A program made the position numbers and the translations under genes. A stretch of 64,000 nt of DNA from Felis catus (taxonomy: Eukaryota): contig NC_058368.1 of assembly GCF_018350175.1 (NCBI RefSeq), positions 201,626,001 to 201,690,000 on the forward strand. The letters run 5' to 3'. Each line of letters starts with the position of its first letter. The first letter of the stretch is position 1. The notes under the pieces are model-generated. The model had not been told where the DNA came from. It did no database searches and worked only from the letters and a program-made list of their open reading frames with translations. This document shows positions 1 to 12,402 of the stretch, piece after piece.

Positions 1-546
1 TACATTTTCCCCAAAATGTGTATGCATGGAAGTTTTCCAAATGGCTTTTTCTTTAAAGCACCGGGGCCATCATTTTTATGTTAGAAGGAGGAAATTTATT
101 ACTTTACAGGTTCCTTGCTTCCATGTGTTTTTCTTCAGAGCTCACTGAAGTTACTCATTTTCATCTTTTACTAACAAATTAAAAGACTTTGTTTTCTTAA
201 TTTCTTTTTTGATGCATTATGCAGGTAACCCTCCCTCCCCTTACTGCTGCCCCTATAAATCTTCTAGTTACTTCAAGTTCAGCAGCAAGCTGTAGAAATC
301 TAACTCTGGGAAGTGGGAAAGAAGGGAGAGAGGGAGAACTAACATTTTAATCACTTATCTGATGCTAAGCACTGAGCAAGATCCTTTATTTCATAGAGAT
401 TTGCTCATTGCAGGCATGAATTCATGCACTTGTGGGCATAAGATCTCGGCATTGTTCTTAGGACTGGGTTCTATCCATCACTTTATTCATGGTCTAGTAG
501 AACAAACACACAAGTACAAAGTCAATGTCAATGCAATACCAAATGC

Positions 547-1018
547 TTTTTTTTTTGGTAATGTTTATTTATTTGTTTTGAGAGAGCTAGAGACAGCGCA
601 AGCAGGGGAGAGCAGAGAGAGAAGGAGAGAGAGAATCCCAAGCAGGCTCTGCGTTGTCCATAGAGCCCAACACGGGGCTCAATCTCAGGTACTGTGAGAT
701 CATGATCTGAGTCAAAACCAAGAGTCATAAAAACAAAGAGGGGGACAAACCGTAAGAGACTCTCAAACTGAGTGCTGCTGGTGGGGTGTTGGGTTGGGGG
801 ATGGGCTAAGTGGGTGATGGGTATCAAGGAGAGCACTTGGGATGAGCACTGGGTGTTATATGTAAGTGATGAATCACTAAATCCTATTCCTCAAATCATT
901 ATTACGCTATATGTTAACTAACTTGTATTTAAATAATAAAAAAAGTTAAAAAAATTAAAAATTAAAAAAAAAGAAACGAAGAGTCGGACTGTAACCAACG
1001 GAGCCACCCAGATGCCCC
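547..1018 (-). mobile_element. CanSINE (SINEC_Fc-type), split by a nested L1 3' fragment
   Basis: Antisense SINE body 547-726 resumes at 973-1018 and ends ...GAGCCACCCAGATGCCCC. TSD AAATGCTTTTT at 541-551 and 1019-1029. Confidence 0.93.
727..972 (+). mobile_element. 5'-truncated carnivore L1 3'UTR fragment
   Basis: GATGAGCACTGGGTGTTATATGTAAGTGATGAATCACTAAAT motif of the carnivore L1 3' end, then an A-rich tail. TSD AAACCAAGAGTC (715-726) / AAACGAAGAGTC (974-985). Confidence 0.9.
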
Positions 1019-1036
1019 AAATGCTTTTTGAGAGAC

Positions 1037-1262
1037 AGTACTAATAAGGTGACCGAGAGCATGGTGTTTCGAAGGCAGGTTGTCTGTTTGAATCCAAGCT
1101 CTACCATTTGCACACTCTATAATCTTGTGTAAGTTTCCTCACCCTTCTACCTTGGTCTCCCCATCTGTAAAGTGGAAATAGGAAGAGTATCCATCTCAAG
1201 AAGTTGTTATGACAATAAAACGAGTTAATACACAGAGAGTGGTCATAAGAGTGCCTGGTAAG
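1037..1262 (+). mobile_element. MIR SINE (ancient)
   Basis: Core-like CCCCATCTGTAAAGTGGAAATAGG and 3' AGAGTGCCTGG. Confidence 0.75.
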
Positions 1263-1284
1263 TTTACATGCCTGGCTACTTCTC

Positions 1285-1586
1285 AAAATTTAGATTTCAC
1301 CTCAACTGCCATGTCTTTTACCAGAATATCTCCATCGGCCCATAGGCTCTCCTCAAGAGCCACTTGACTCCTCCCATGCAATTTGGTGCCTTGTAACCCA
1401 TATCACTATGTGAAATTATTTTTATTCTTATGTGCTTGCTTGTTTATTGTCTCTTTTGCTCCACTAGTGTGTACAAAACACAAGAGATCATTCTGGCTTT
1501 ATTCATTGCTGAATTTCTAGGCCCTCATGAAGTACCTGGCACATAATCATTTTTCAGCTAGAATATGTGAAGTGAATTGTTGAATG
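1285..1586 (+). mobile_element. L2 3' end (ancient)
   Basis: TTGTTTATTGTCTC...CCTGGCACATA...GTTGAATG pattern of the L2 3' terminus. Confidence 0.65.
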
Positions 1587-1821
1587 TTAAGGGCTCTGAC
1601 ACAGGTAAGCCCAGAGCTCTCTTTGGGAGTACATAGGAGACGTAGTTGACCCAGTCTTTGATGTCATCACAGACAGTTTCCAAAAGGAATTGACATCCTT
1701 CAGGGACTTGCAGACGATCCATAATTAGGGACAGAGGCAGGGGTAGGGCAGTTCAGGGAGGCAAGAGTTTTGTGGGAAGAATATGCAGTTACTCCTCACA
1801 GTGACTGTTTAAGATGGACAT

Positions 1822-1925
1822 TTGAATCCCCATTTCCTAAGATGAGAAAAAGAAGCTGAGAGCAAGCCACGGAAACTTGCCCAGAGTCCCAGAGTTACTA
1901 GGAGTCGGAGCCAGGATTAAATCCT
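1822..1925 (-). mobile_element. MIR fragment
   Basis: CCCCATTT...AGATGAGAAAA...GCTGAG...ACTTGCCCAGAGTC...GGAGCCAGGATT matches the antisense MIR core. Confidence 0.6.
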
Positions 1926-2226
1926 TCCACCGTACCTCCCTGCAAAAAAGTATTACTATAAGGGCCTTGAAACCAGAAATGGTATCTAATGCCTGAAATT
2001 GCTCTTCATGGATCTAACTTACTCAGAAATGTTGTGACACTTTTCTTGTTCTGTAAAGAACATAACAACATGTCACTCTTCACTTCAGATAACAAGGAGG
2101 CTTCTTTGGTTCCCCTTCACGGTCTTTTCAATAATCTAACCTTCTATCTGTCTGGCTTCCTATAAATCCAGGTCGTATATTCCCCACTGCATAGGAAATA
2201 AAAAAGTGGTTTTCTACACTCAGAGA

Positions 2227-2230
<4 letters not shown>

Positions 2231-2270
<40 letters not shown>
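2231..2270. repeat. (AC)20 microsatellite
   Basis: Perfect dinucleotide run read directly. Confidence 0.98.
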
Positions 2271-2272
<2 letters not shown>

Positions 2273-2488
2273 CTGTACTTTACAGGAGAGCCATTTCATG
2301 TGAAGATGGGGTTATTAATTATGTGGTCATATCACTGTCCTGGCCATGCTGGCTGACCAGCTCATAGCAAGGTAGCACTGGGGAGGAGCCTCACCTCTGG
2401 ATGCTCTCTCTTGCTTAAGTCAAACAGCCCATCTATCCTTCAGAAACCCTGAAAAGGGGCTTTGTCCTAATAGATTTAACACCTTCTT

Positions 2489-2687
2489 GGGGCGCCTGGG
2501 TGGCTCAGTTGGTTAAGCATCCGACTTCAGCTCAGGTCACGATCTCACGGTCCGTGAGTTCGAGCCCCGCGTCGGGCTCTGGGCTGATGGCTCAGAGCCT
2601 GGAGCCTGCTTCTGATTCTGTGTCTCCCTCTCTCTCTGACCCTCCCCCGTTCATGATCTCAAAAATAAATAAACATTAAAAAAAAAA
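2489..2687 (+). mobile_element. CanSINE (SINEC_Fc), CpG-rich and fairly young
   Basis: GGGGCGCCTGGGTGGCTCAG start, B-box GTTCGAGCC, A tail. TSD TTAACACCTTCTT at 2476-2488 and 2688-2700. Confidence 0.97.
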
Positions 2688-2798
2688 TTAACACCTTCTT
2701 TTCTCAGTGTGCAATAGGAGTGAAGAAGATGGACAGGAAAGTTGAAGAAAAGCCATCCCTAGAAAATCATGCTCAATGTTTAGTCCCATCATTGTTAC

Positions 2799-3336
2799 TG
2801 TGGCAGATCTTTTAAATGGTTGTGCATTGATGGGCCTCTTCCCATTGAGAAGGGGGGGTTCTTGTCCCTTGTCCTTGAATCTGCATGGGCTTGTGACTGT
2901 GACTTCCAAGTTACTATGTGACTTCCAAGGCTAGGTCGTAAAAGGCCATATAGCTTCTGCCTGGGCACACTTGTTTTTGGGATGTTCTTTCTCAGAATCC
3001 ATTTCCCCTGCTTAAAGAAACTCAAGCCACATGAGAAGGCCATGTGTAGCTGTTCCAGCCAATCCCCTACCTGAGTCTAGCTTTCCAATCATCCCAGCCC
3101 AGATGCCTGGCACATGAGTAAAGCAGATGATTCCAGTGTCTCACACAATAAAAGTCAGGCCCAGCCTTTTGTATCATCATATTCGCTGAGGCCCCAGACA
3201 CTGTGGAGCAGGGAAAAGCTATTCCCACTGAGCCTTGTCTGAATTATTGACCAATAAAATATGTGAGCATATACAAGTTACTGTTTTTGCCCCCAAGTTT
3301 GGGGGAGTTGGTTACACAGCTAGAGTAACCAGAATA
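2799..3336 (+). mobile_element. MaLR solo LTR (MLT1G/MLT1H-like)
   Basis: Starts TGTGGCAGAT, contains GTGACTTCCAAGGCTAGGTCGTAAAAGG, ends GTTACACAGC...TAACCAGAATA. 5-bp TSD GTTAC/GTTAT. Confidence 0.85.
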
Positions 3337-3439
3337 GTTATTCTCTCTCTACACTTGCTAAGGATATGTGTTATAAGGATCTCTCTAAGGAAGGTTAGAA
3401 CTTCTTACATAGAACAGTGGTAGATTCTTTTCAGTGGAC

Positions 3440-3895
3440 TTCTGTTAGATCAACATCTATTGCAATACCCCTTCTCTTTTATCTTCTTCTCCAAGAGACT
3501 AGAGAGGACATTTCTCAAATTCCAAGCCTATCTTGAAGTTGGAGGTGACCTTGTGATACAGTTCCAGCCAATAAGATGTAGACAATAGACAGAGCTTCCC
3601 TTCTCTAATAAGGGCTCAGTGGGGGGGAAATCCCTGCTTCCTCCTTCCTAGAATATGGACATGCTACTTAGAAGTCTGGCAACCATTTTAAGACGATGAG
3701 ATAGAAGACACACACCATGGCAGAATATAAAGAGAGCAGTAGTCTGGTTCTTTGATGACTTCCTTGAAAAGGCTATCCTTACCCTGTGTTGTCTTCTTCC
3801 AAAATTACTGTTATAGAAAAAAATGGATTTCACCTTTTTAAAGCCATTGTTAGATATGATTTAATTTACTGGTGAATGTATCCTTGAGTGATTCA
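3440..3895 (+). mobile_element. Old MaLR LTR (MLT1J/K-like)
   Basis: CAGTTCCAGCCAATAAGATGTA, GGCAACCATTTT, GGTTCTTTGATGAC and TTTAAAGCCATTGTT motifs in MLT1J/K order. Confidence 0.6.
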
Positions 3896-4262
3896 ACTAT
3901 GCATGCAATATACGTATATATTACATAACCTATATATGTATATATTACATAAGCTATACCCATACATTTGTAAAAAAGGAAAGACATTTACCTGCACCTA
4001 AACAAAGAGTCTATTTAATTCAGACCTTAAAGCCCAGGCATAGACTTACATGGAGAACATTTGATAACTGAGCTCCATTTCCTGTACCAGCAATACTGGT
4101 GATAACATCAAGCTCATCCACAGGCAAGGACATTTCTGTTATGATAAAATGGAAATAATCAAGTATTTTATGGATTTAAGTTCTTCAGTATGATTATCTT
4201 CCTCGAGCAGATCTGTATTCCTTTTCACAGTCATGGATAACATTTCAGTCGGTTTTTAGTTT

Positions 4263-4264
4263 TT

Positions 4265-4304
<40 letters not shown>

Positions 4305-4333
4305 TGTTTCTTTCTTTCTTTTCTTTCTCTTTC
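4263..4333. repeat. (TTTC)n microsatellite at the tail of an antisense L1 fragment
   Basis: Tetranucleotide run with a few interruptions. Confidence 0.95.
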
Positions 4334-4339
4334 TTGACC

Positions 4340-4470
4340 TTATTTTTTTTAAAAGCAGTCAGGTTCACGGGGAAAATTGAGAAGAAGGTACAGCGATTTC
4401 TCACATGCCCCTACCCTTACACATGCATAGTGTCCCCCATCATCAACTTCACTCATCAGAGTGGAGCATC
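4340..4470 (-). mobile_element. Old L1 (L1MC-like) 3' end fragment
   Basis: AGGTTCAC...AAAATTGAG...AAGGTACAG.GATTT...ACACATGCA...CAGAGTGG resembles the antisense L1MC 3' terminus. Confidence 0.7.
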
Positions 4471-5332
4471 TTTTATTTTTCTTTTAAACAAGAGAAAGCA
4501 CCAATATTCCTAACTCATTTTGTATTAAAATGTTTCCCCTTGCTTGAGTTCATTGTACTCCTCTTAAGCCTTCACAAAGGACACTTTTTATATTTGCTGT
4601 TCACATCTATATACACATATGTGCACTTCTTAAATATCGTCTCTTTCATCCAACACAATTATAACCACCTCAACTAAATAGTGTGATGACTTACATACAG
4701 TGATTAATTATTAGTAAAATATGTCTAAAAATAAAATCTACAGTGTTCTAAAACCTTTTAATTGCTATCTCTTTGGCTTCATAAACTAGTAAATGCATAT
4801 AATTACTGGTTATTTTTGTGTGACAGTTATTCATCCTGTCATATAACAAACAAGCTGAAATGGGAGGCATAAAACAATAATTCCAAAGACAAAAGAGAAG
4901 AATAATTACATATGAATGAGGGGAAAAATCCAAGAACAAAGAGCATTTTGAATCTCTCCACTCTCCCTGGAGTACCATTTGGGGTTGTAATTTATTTTAA
5001 AGGTACTGTGCTTCAAATGCATTTACTCTCTCAAAGGCATTTGTCTCATAATTCTTTAAAATCTGCAAGTAGATCTTCTAGTATGCCCATTCAGGCTTAT
5101 ATTAGGTAGCTTGAATTATACATTGTGGGACAAAGTGATCTTCACAAGTTAGGGACGCCATAAATCTTCTCTGCATTGAATATTCTCTATTATAAAACTT
5201 TTCTAGAAAAGCTAGCCCTCAAAATCTTAACTGCTTTATGGGCACCTGTTCTTCTTTTTTACATTGTGTGTTCTTCAAGACTGACACCAAGCTGTATTCA
5301 TCTTTACTCCCCCAGTGACTGCAATGCTTGGT

Positions 5333-5666
5333 TCCTTCATTCATTCATATTAGACATCAAGTGACTGGGCTGTGTTAGGTGCTGTATGAGATAATGAACA
5401 AAAGACACTTGATTCTCATCGTTTGGGGACCTACATTTTTATCAAGGAGACAAACATTAAAATATAATTACACAAGGGGCACCTGGGTGGCTCAGTCAGT
5501 TGAGCTTCTGCCTTTGACTCAGGTTATGATCTCACAGTTTGTGAGTTAGAGCCCTTCACTGGGCTCTCTGTTGTCAGTGCAGAGCCTGCTTAGGACCCTC
5601 TGTCCTCCTCTCTCTCTGCCCCTCACCTGCTGGTTCTCTCTCTCAAAAATAAATAAATAAACTTAA

Positions 5667-5705
<39 letters not shown>

Positions 5706-5900
5706 TATAATTACACAACTATTTGATTACCGATTTGATATATGCAACAAAAGAAGGACGCAAGGGTAACAAGGAAGTATTATGGCGAATTAACCTAATC
5801 TGGAGTGAAGACAAGCTGAGGTGGAAAAAGTGACATTGAACTTGAGGCCTGAGCAAAAACCTTTCAACCCAGAGCATGTGTGTCGGCTCTGGGTTGGACA
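5333..5900 (-). mobile_element. L2 fragment interrupted by a SINE
   Basis: CATTCATTCAT start, GTGTTAGGTGCTG...GAACAAAAGACA; similarity continues after 5718. Confidence 0.6.
5476..5704 (+). mobile_element. CanSINE whose tail has become (AT)13(AC)6
   Basis: GGGGCACCTGGGTGGCTCAG start. Perfect TSD ATATAATTACACAA at 5462-5475 and 5705-5718. Confidence 0.96.
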
Positions 5901-6001
5901 GATGTGGATGCTTATTAAATATTTGGTTATTCTAGTAATGATGGAGACTGAGGCTGGTACCTAGTTATATATCTTTGAGAATTCGATTCCAACCCATTTT
6001 T

Positions 6002-6213
6002 GAATTTGTTTTAACGTTTATTTATTATTGAAAGACAGAGTCAGAGCATGAGCAGGGGAGGGGCAGAGGGAGAGGGACACACAGAGTCTGAAGCAGGCTC
6101 CAGGCTCTGAGCTGTTGGCACAGAGCCCGACGTGGGGCTCGAACTCACAAACCACCAGATCATGACCTGAGCCCAAGTCAGACACTTAACTGGCTGAACC
6201 ACCCAGGAGCCCC
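6002..6213 (-). mobile_element. CanSINE (SINEC_Fc)
   Basis: Full antisense body. TSD core CCAACCCATTTTT at 5989-6001 and 6218-6230. Confidence 0.96.
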
Positions 6214-9200
6214 AATCCCAACCCATTTTTAAAGTCCCAGTTTCAGTTTCAACCTATTTTCCATTGATCTTCTAGCATCCTTAAAACAATCCCAAATGCA
6301 AAATACAGCCTTCACGTCAGCATATTGTTTTCAACTATTTGTAATGGTTTCCATCAATCTTCAGATTATACGTTCTTTGAGCACAAGAGCGGTGGTTCAA
6401 AATCTTCCTTGCACCAGTATAAGACCTAACACTTTGCTTAACAATATGTACTTGCACAGTGGATCTTCCCTTGATTTTTCTTTGCTTCCATTTGTTTATA
6501 TTTGTAGTTTCCAATTATACTAGTTCAAATTTATCTCTAGAAATGAAATAAATTATAAAGTTTAATCCATGAATACTATATTTGGTTTCCAAATATAAGT
6601 TGTGAAACTGTCTCATATATATGAGGAAACTAAAAATACCATCATGGAATACAAAATCATTTTGGAACCTGGGATAAAAAGAACTAACTTATTTCCAAGT
6701 GATCTTGGTAAACAATAGGACACAGATTGGTACAGAGCCCTGAGTGAATTTTAGCAATCTTGATGGCAATACAGCACAAAGAAAGAAAGAACTGTAATCA
6801 TGTGCATGATGAGCAAGAAGTTAATGTTTCTATTTTACTTACTATGAAAACAGTTTGAGTAGTTGGGCAAAAGCTAGGATATTTCTTATCTCTGACTAAA
6901 ATAAACAATGGGGACCTATGGCTACATTATTTACCTGTGTTTGATATAAACTCAATTCTTTTCCTTGATAATTGTAGATATCTCAGTGAAATCTCTCCCA
7001 AATATGATTACTGCTCACATTCTCAATCTGAGAAATAAGAATAATATGGTCATAAAAGAGCACTTACTACTGAATGTCCAAGGACCGAACAACTTGGGCA
7101 ACTATAAATATACTTGAAATAAGTCTCTCCTTGGAAGAGATAAATTTAGCATAATCACCATTGTCATATCAACCTGTTTCCATCAATTGAGCATCTTTTA
7201 TTTAATATGCAGCATCTTTTATTAAACCTTAGAGATAACTTCAAGAAGCAACACACACTGATTCTGCCCTCAAAAAATGTAGAGTCTTTTCAGTTAAAAT
7301 AATGAAGCCTGTCCATAACACAACTCCAAGAAAGGACACTTGTATAGAATATAACACAACTGGTGTCACCTCAAGCTTTGCAGTTTGGCAGCCCTTGATG
7401 GGACATGGTCAGAAAAGTGACAAATAACTATATCACATATGCTAAGAGATAAGAAATACTCATCAGGTTTGTGGCATACAGCAGGACTCAAAAATCATCA
7501 GTTGCATGAACTGTCAAATTGGAATTATCAAAGAGGACATCATGAGTTGGTGAGGTGAGGAGAGTCTTCAGATCAAAATAGACTCCCATATTCTTCAACC
7601 AGGAACCCTTTGACCAACAGTCATGCAGTGGAAGAGATTTGAGTATGATGAGTACTGGAGCCTCTGGCCAGAAGACTGAGTATCCCTTTGCATTCCTCTC
7701 CGGAAAAACTTTTCGCGATGATGTCAATTTCTTCCAGTGTCTTCCCAGAATGAAGCACTTCCACTGACTGTATTCATTTTGGACGGTCACTGATCCCCAC
7801 CCAGAGGGAGGTGATTTCCCTCACCTTGAGGGGAATTAAGATATCCTATGATTGGCCCGTACTAAAAAGAAAGCTGTGGCTGCTGGAGAAGGCCTCCTCC
7901 TAACAGCACACTTCAATGCTCACACTCTGCATTCACTTGTATATATGTGAATTTTTCCTCACATAAAGGACCCAGTCTTTTGTGAAACTAGGACACCCCA
8001 GCAGTAGGTCCAGTTCTGAAGACACCACACAAGCAAAACTCTGACCTTTTTTCCCCTAGCTTGCCCAGAAGAGTCTCCGTATCCACAATCAGACTTCACC
8101 TTGTGCAGCTGCTTTATTTTTTCTTTCAATTTTCTCTCTCAGCAGGCTGGGCCTTGGCTGCCTGCCAGCCTGCCCTGAGAGGCCAACATGCTGACTTGGT
8201 GTTACTACATATTTGTTTTTGTACAGAATTGTCCAGAGAAGATGGGTTTCAGTTTGCTTACAGAAAGGCATTCTCCCCCACAACTAGACTATAGGTGCAT
8301 TTAAACCATGGCAGACATGCCTTAGCTGCTTCTGACTGAAATATTTTCCAAACCATACTAGCTTGGAATCACATGATCCCCACATTGATTCTTTTGCATC
8401 CCTCACCAACTGAACTAAATAGACTTGTTTCTATTAAAAATCTTGTTTTGATCTAATGTGCATGGGCCTGAAAAAATCAAAATCTTTGTTCACAGATACA
8501 TCATTTTCTTATCTAATATAACTACAGCAACATCTTATAGTATTTGGAGGAAGAATGGGGGCGACTGACACACTTTTGGCATCAATTTGAGTATCAGATG
8601 ATCTGCATCCTTAAAATATCAAAACAACTATCTTTTATTGTAATATCAAATAGTAGTGACATTAGCAATTAGCCTTCATAGTTATTTGTTGTTAATTACT
8701 TGGCCATATTTCCATGGTCACTTACTTACATTGAAAATTATTTTTTAAAACATGAATATTTAAGTATTTATCATTGAATTGGTTACTTTGGATTGTTCTC
8801 TGAAGTGTGCATTGGGAAATAATTTAAGGTAGCTAGTTTTGCTTGTCTATGATGACAATGTGAATAAAATAATAATCATCTATGTAAAGGAAATTGTCTT
8901 TCCTATGTAAAAAAAGATGCTGCAGGATATAACAGCTCATTGGGCACTAAGGGTTACTTATGTCCACTGATACTGAGATGACCTAAGAGTATCCTGGGCC
9001 TGACAATATCTAGGGCCCAGGTGACTGTCCTAATGCTAGACCATCCCAGGTGACATAGTCAGGAGTAGATAGGAGGTTCATATCTTAGTATGGAAATGAC
9101 TAAGGAGACTTCTTCCCCCAGGGAACTCAGCTGCTGAAATGGAAGTAAAAAAGCCTATTTTTAAAGAAAGAAAAACTTGGAGTAGACTATTTCTTCCTTT

Positions 9201-10171
9201 TTGTTCTTTTATTTTAAACCTTACTTATTTATTTTTGTTTATACTTATCCTGTGGATACGTATATCACTGTGAATAGCTCTAACTAGACAGTAGACAGGG
9301 AAAGCATGTAGTTAATAAGTCAAGGTATTGTCTGGCAACACTTCCCACCCACAGCAATGAATTTGTATATTCCTGGGAAGGACTTTCACTCTCATCTACG
9401 TGTTTCATCTGACCAACCTCCTACCTCTAGACATGGATGTGGGGATTGGGGAGGAAATTGGATCTTTGTCCTGTACATACGTTTTCCAAGAGTTGTTCCA
9501 TATACCATGATACATTTGAATGAGAGAGACACACTTTACTGGGTCCCCAAATGTAGAATAAGTGAAATCATGGATACCAGGTAGCCTTCCACTAATTGTA
9601 TCTAAGGGTCACTATGTTTCCCAAGGTTAACTGCACAACAAGGAGGTTCCTCTACACCTCATCTCCTTGATCCAACCAAAGGGAGGTCCATGACATTCCT
9701 GCCCAAATATCAAGAAATTGGGGAAAAAGCTATTGTATCATTTTGGTGGCCTTATTAGGCATATGCTAAGAATGCCACAAGTTGACTCCTCCATCATATC
9801 TACTAATTATAATTTTTATGAGCTCTGTTAAATTTCACTGGCAGGGAGCTCCTTGCCCCTTTGCCAATGAGCTAAAAGGAGTATTCCTGTAACAGGTAGC
9901 TCTCAAATTTCCATTCTAGAGCTGAGTGACTTTTCACGAAAAAAACAGACAAGACACCCATCCTTCCAAGTACTAAACAACAGTATTTGACCTCTGATCC
10001 CATGAATATATTTGAACATAAGGGAAAAAAGCCATCAAGGGTGAATAGGAAAGAGATACTCAGTACTTGCAATTGCACCTGCCAGTATTGTTCTTTAATG
10101 AAAACTATGTGGACAGCAAAAATCTGCACTTTGGAATTTAGTCATCTTGAGATCAAAAAGTAGCTGCGCTA

Positions 10172-10288
10172 CGTTATACATAGGGGATGAATCACTGCAA
10201 TCTACTCCTGAAATCATTATTGCACCATATGCTAACTTGGATGTAAATTAAAAATTAACTAATTATTAATTAATTAATTAAAATAAGG
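10172..10288 (+). mobile_element. Very short carnivore L1 3' terminal fragment
   Basis: GGGGATGAATCACTG...TCTACTCCTGAAATCATTATTGCAC, homologous to 855-930. Degenerate TSD AAGTAGCTGCGCTA (10158-10171) / AAGTAACTCTGCTA (10289-10302). Tail converted to (TTAA)n. Confidence 0.8.
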
Positions 10289-11949
10289 AAGTAACTCTGC
10301 TAAAAATTCTAATGCTCACGTAGAGATGGGATAGTCAACTAAAAGAAGAAAAGATAAGGCAATGAAAATTATCTTTAAGCCCCTCTTCTCTGACTCAAGA
10401 GAGGGAAAACAAATCCTACCAGTAAAAACTTCGGACATAAAACTGAGACTAGTGAAAATTTAAAGAGACTTCTTAGCCAAGCCAGAAAGAAAACCCATGG
10501 TTTTCTGTAACTAAGGCCGGAACCATGTGGTCTTGAGATAATAATCTCAGTTCAACAACTTCTCTTTCATCCAGAAATTGAGGGGAAAAGGGAGGCCTGA
10601 CAGGAGCTAAGAGTCAGATTACAGTTCCTTCTGCCTTCAGGCAGAGATGTCATTCACCTCTTCTATTGGTGATGCCCAACCCACAGGAGATTTGTTGCAG
10701 ACTCTGCAGTTGTGCGGCTGGAAGAGGAATGGTCCCAGTACTGGAAGGGTACAAAAACCATGGGGTGTAGGATCTCCCATAGTAGGGACAGGACTTGTTA
10801 CTTGATATCCACGATCCCCTGGTCAAATTTGAAGAACCAAGAATAAACAGAAATATAGATCTGATTCAGAGACCTAACATCCACATTCTTGGAAGTGTAA
10901 TGTGGGAAAAGGGAAAGAGGTAGAAAGTTTAATAGGAAGAGAATGGAACAGGTATAGGATTTTGAAATACATCCAGTTGTAACCTCAAGGATGATTTATT
11001 AACTGGGCTCTTGATGGTAGAACATAGAAGACTATTTTGATCTGAAGTCTATCCTCACCTCACTGACTCATGATGACCTGTCTCTTTGATAATTCCAATT
11101 TGAAGTTCATTCAACTGGCAATTTTTGAGTCCTACTGTGTGCCACAGACCTCATGAGTATTTCTTGACTTTTAGCATATGTGATATAATTACTAGTCATT
11201 TTTCTCACCCTGTCCCATCAAGAGCTACCAAACTGTAAAGTTCGAGGTGACACCATTCATGTTAATCTCTTTTATATCTACATTCAATCAACCTTTAAAT
11301 TTTAGTTATAAAACTGAAACTGTGAATGAAGAAGATGAGATAGAGAGAATACCAGAGAAGTGTTTCCTTTCTGATCTTGGTAGACAGCAGAGAGGAGGAA
11401 GACATTCAGGTCCTGGTAACCCTTTCTCAGGTTTAAGCACAGGTAATTGGGGGGTGGCAAGGGAATGTTCAAATACCAGTAAGTTCCAAAGGAAGGCTGA
11501 GTCATTTGTACTGTTCCACAGGGAAATAATTCAACCAGGAAAAAGACCAGTCAATACTTAAATCTGAGCTGTGATGGAAGCAGGATACAGAAAATCATCA
11601 CTATGGAGACCAGAGAAAAGTACAAGGAAATCACATGGATCTCTGGGCCCTTTCTTCCTTGCTGTGATGAGGAAACAGTTCATTTAACCTGCCCTTCATA
11701 TATCTGGTGCCATCCTGGCGAGCTGTAGGGAAAAGGGGGATGGAAATCTGGGAGATTGATTATTTTTACCTAAGGAGGCCAAGCTTTATCTAAAATGACT
11801 GTTGAAATCACAATGAACTCAAGGTATTGGGTTGGTTCATTAGATTTTTTTTTTCTCATAAGGGAGATCAGAGCCATTTGGCTCATTTTAGAAAAGAAAA
11901 AAAATCCTATTTTCTCTGTATATCTAAGAGTATGAGAAAAGCTACATTA

Positions 11950-12150
11950 AAATTTATGGACTGCTTACTCTGGGTCAGGCAATCATAACATCCATATAAA
12001 ATAAGTATTATCATTTTTATTTTACAGTTGAAGTTACTAGGACCTGGGAAGAGAAAGTCGCTTGTCTAGAGTGACATGATCAGTAAGTGAAAAGGCAGAT
12101 TCTTAGCACAGGTGATTCTAATGTGACACCTTGTGCTCATAACTACCTGC
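11950..12150 (-). mobile_element. MIR
   Basis: TATTATCATTTTTATTTTACAGTTGAAG...GCTTGTCTAGAGTGACATGATCAGTAAGTG matches the antisense MIR core. Confidence 0.65.
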
Positions 12151-12402
12151 TATATTGTCTTCTAGGTGGTGCAGTGTGGGGTGCCCAGAACTATTCCCAA
12201 GCCATGCCATGTAATACTACCAACTGGTCTGTGAAGCAGAGGGTCTTGAAGAGACAGTTTCCACATCCCCTCTAATTTGGAGTTGGGGCACTGCTTGGAA
12301 GTTGTAAGGACTCTGCCTTTTGAAGAAATATTAATGATTTAAAAAAAACATGCTCTGAGTAAATTAGGACACTGATAAAACATTATAGAAAGAAAAATTC
12401 TA

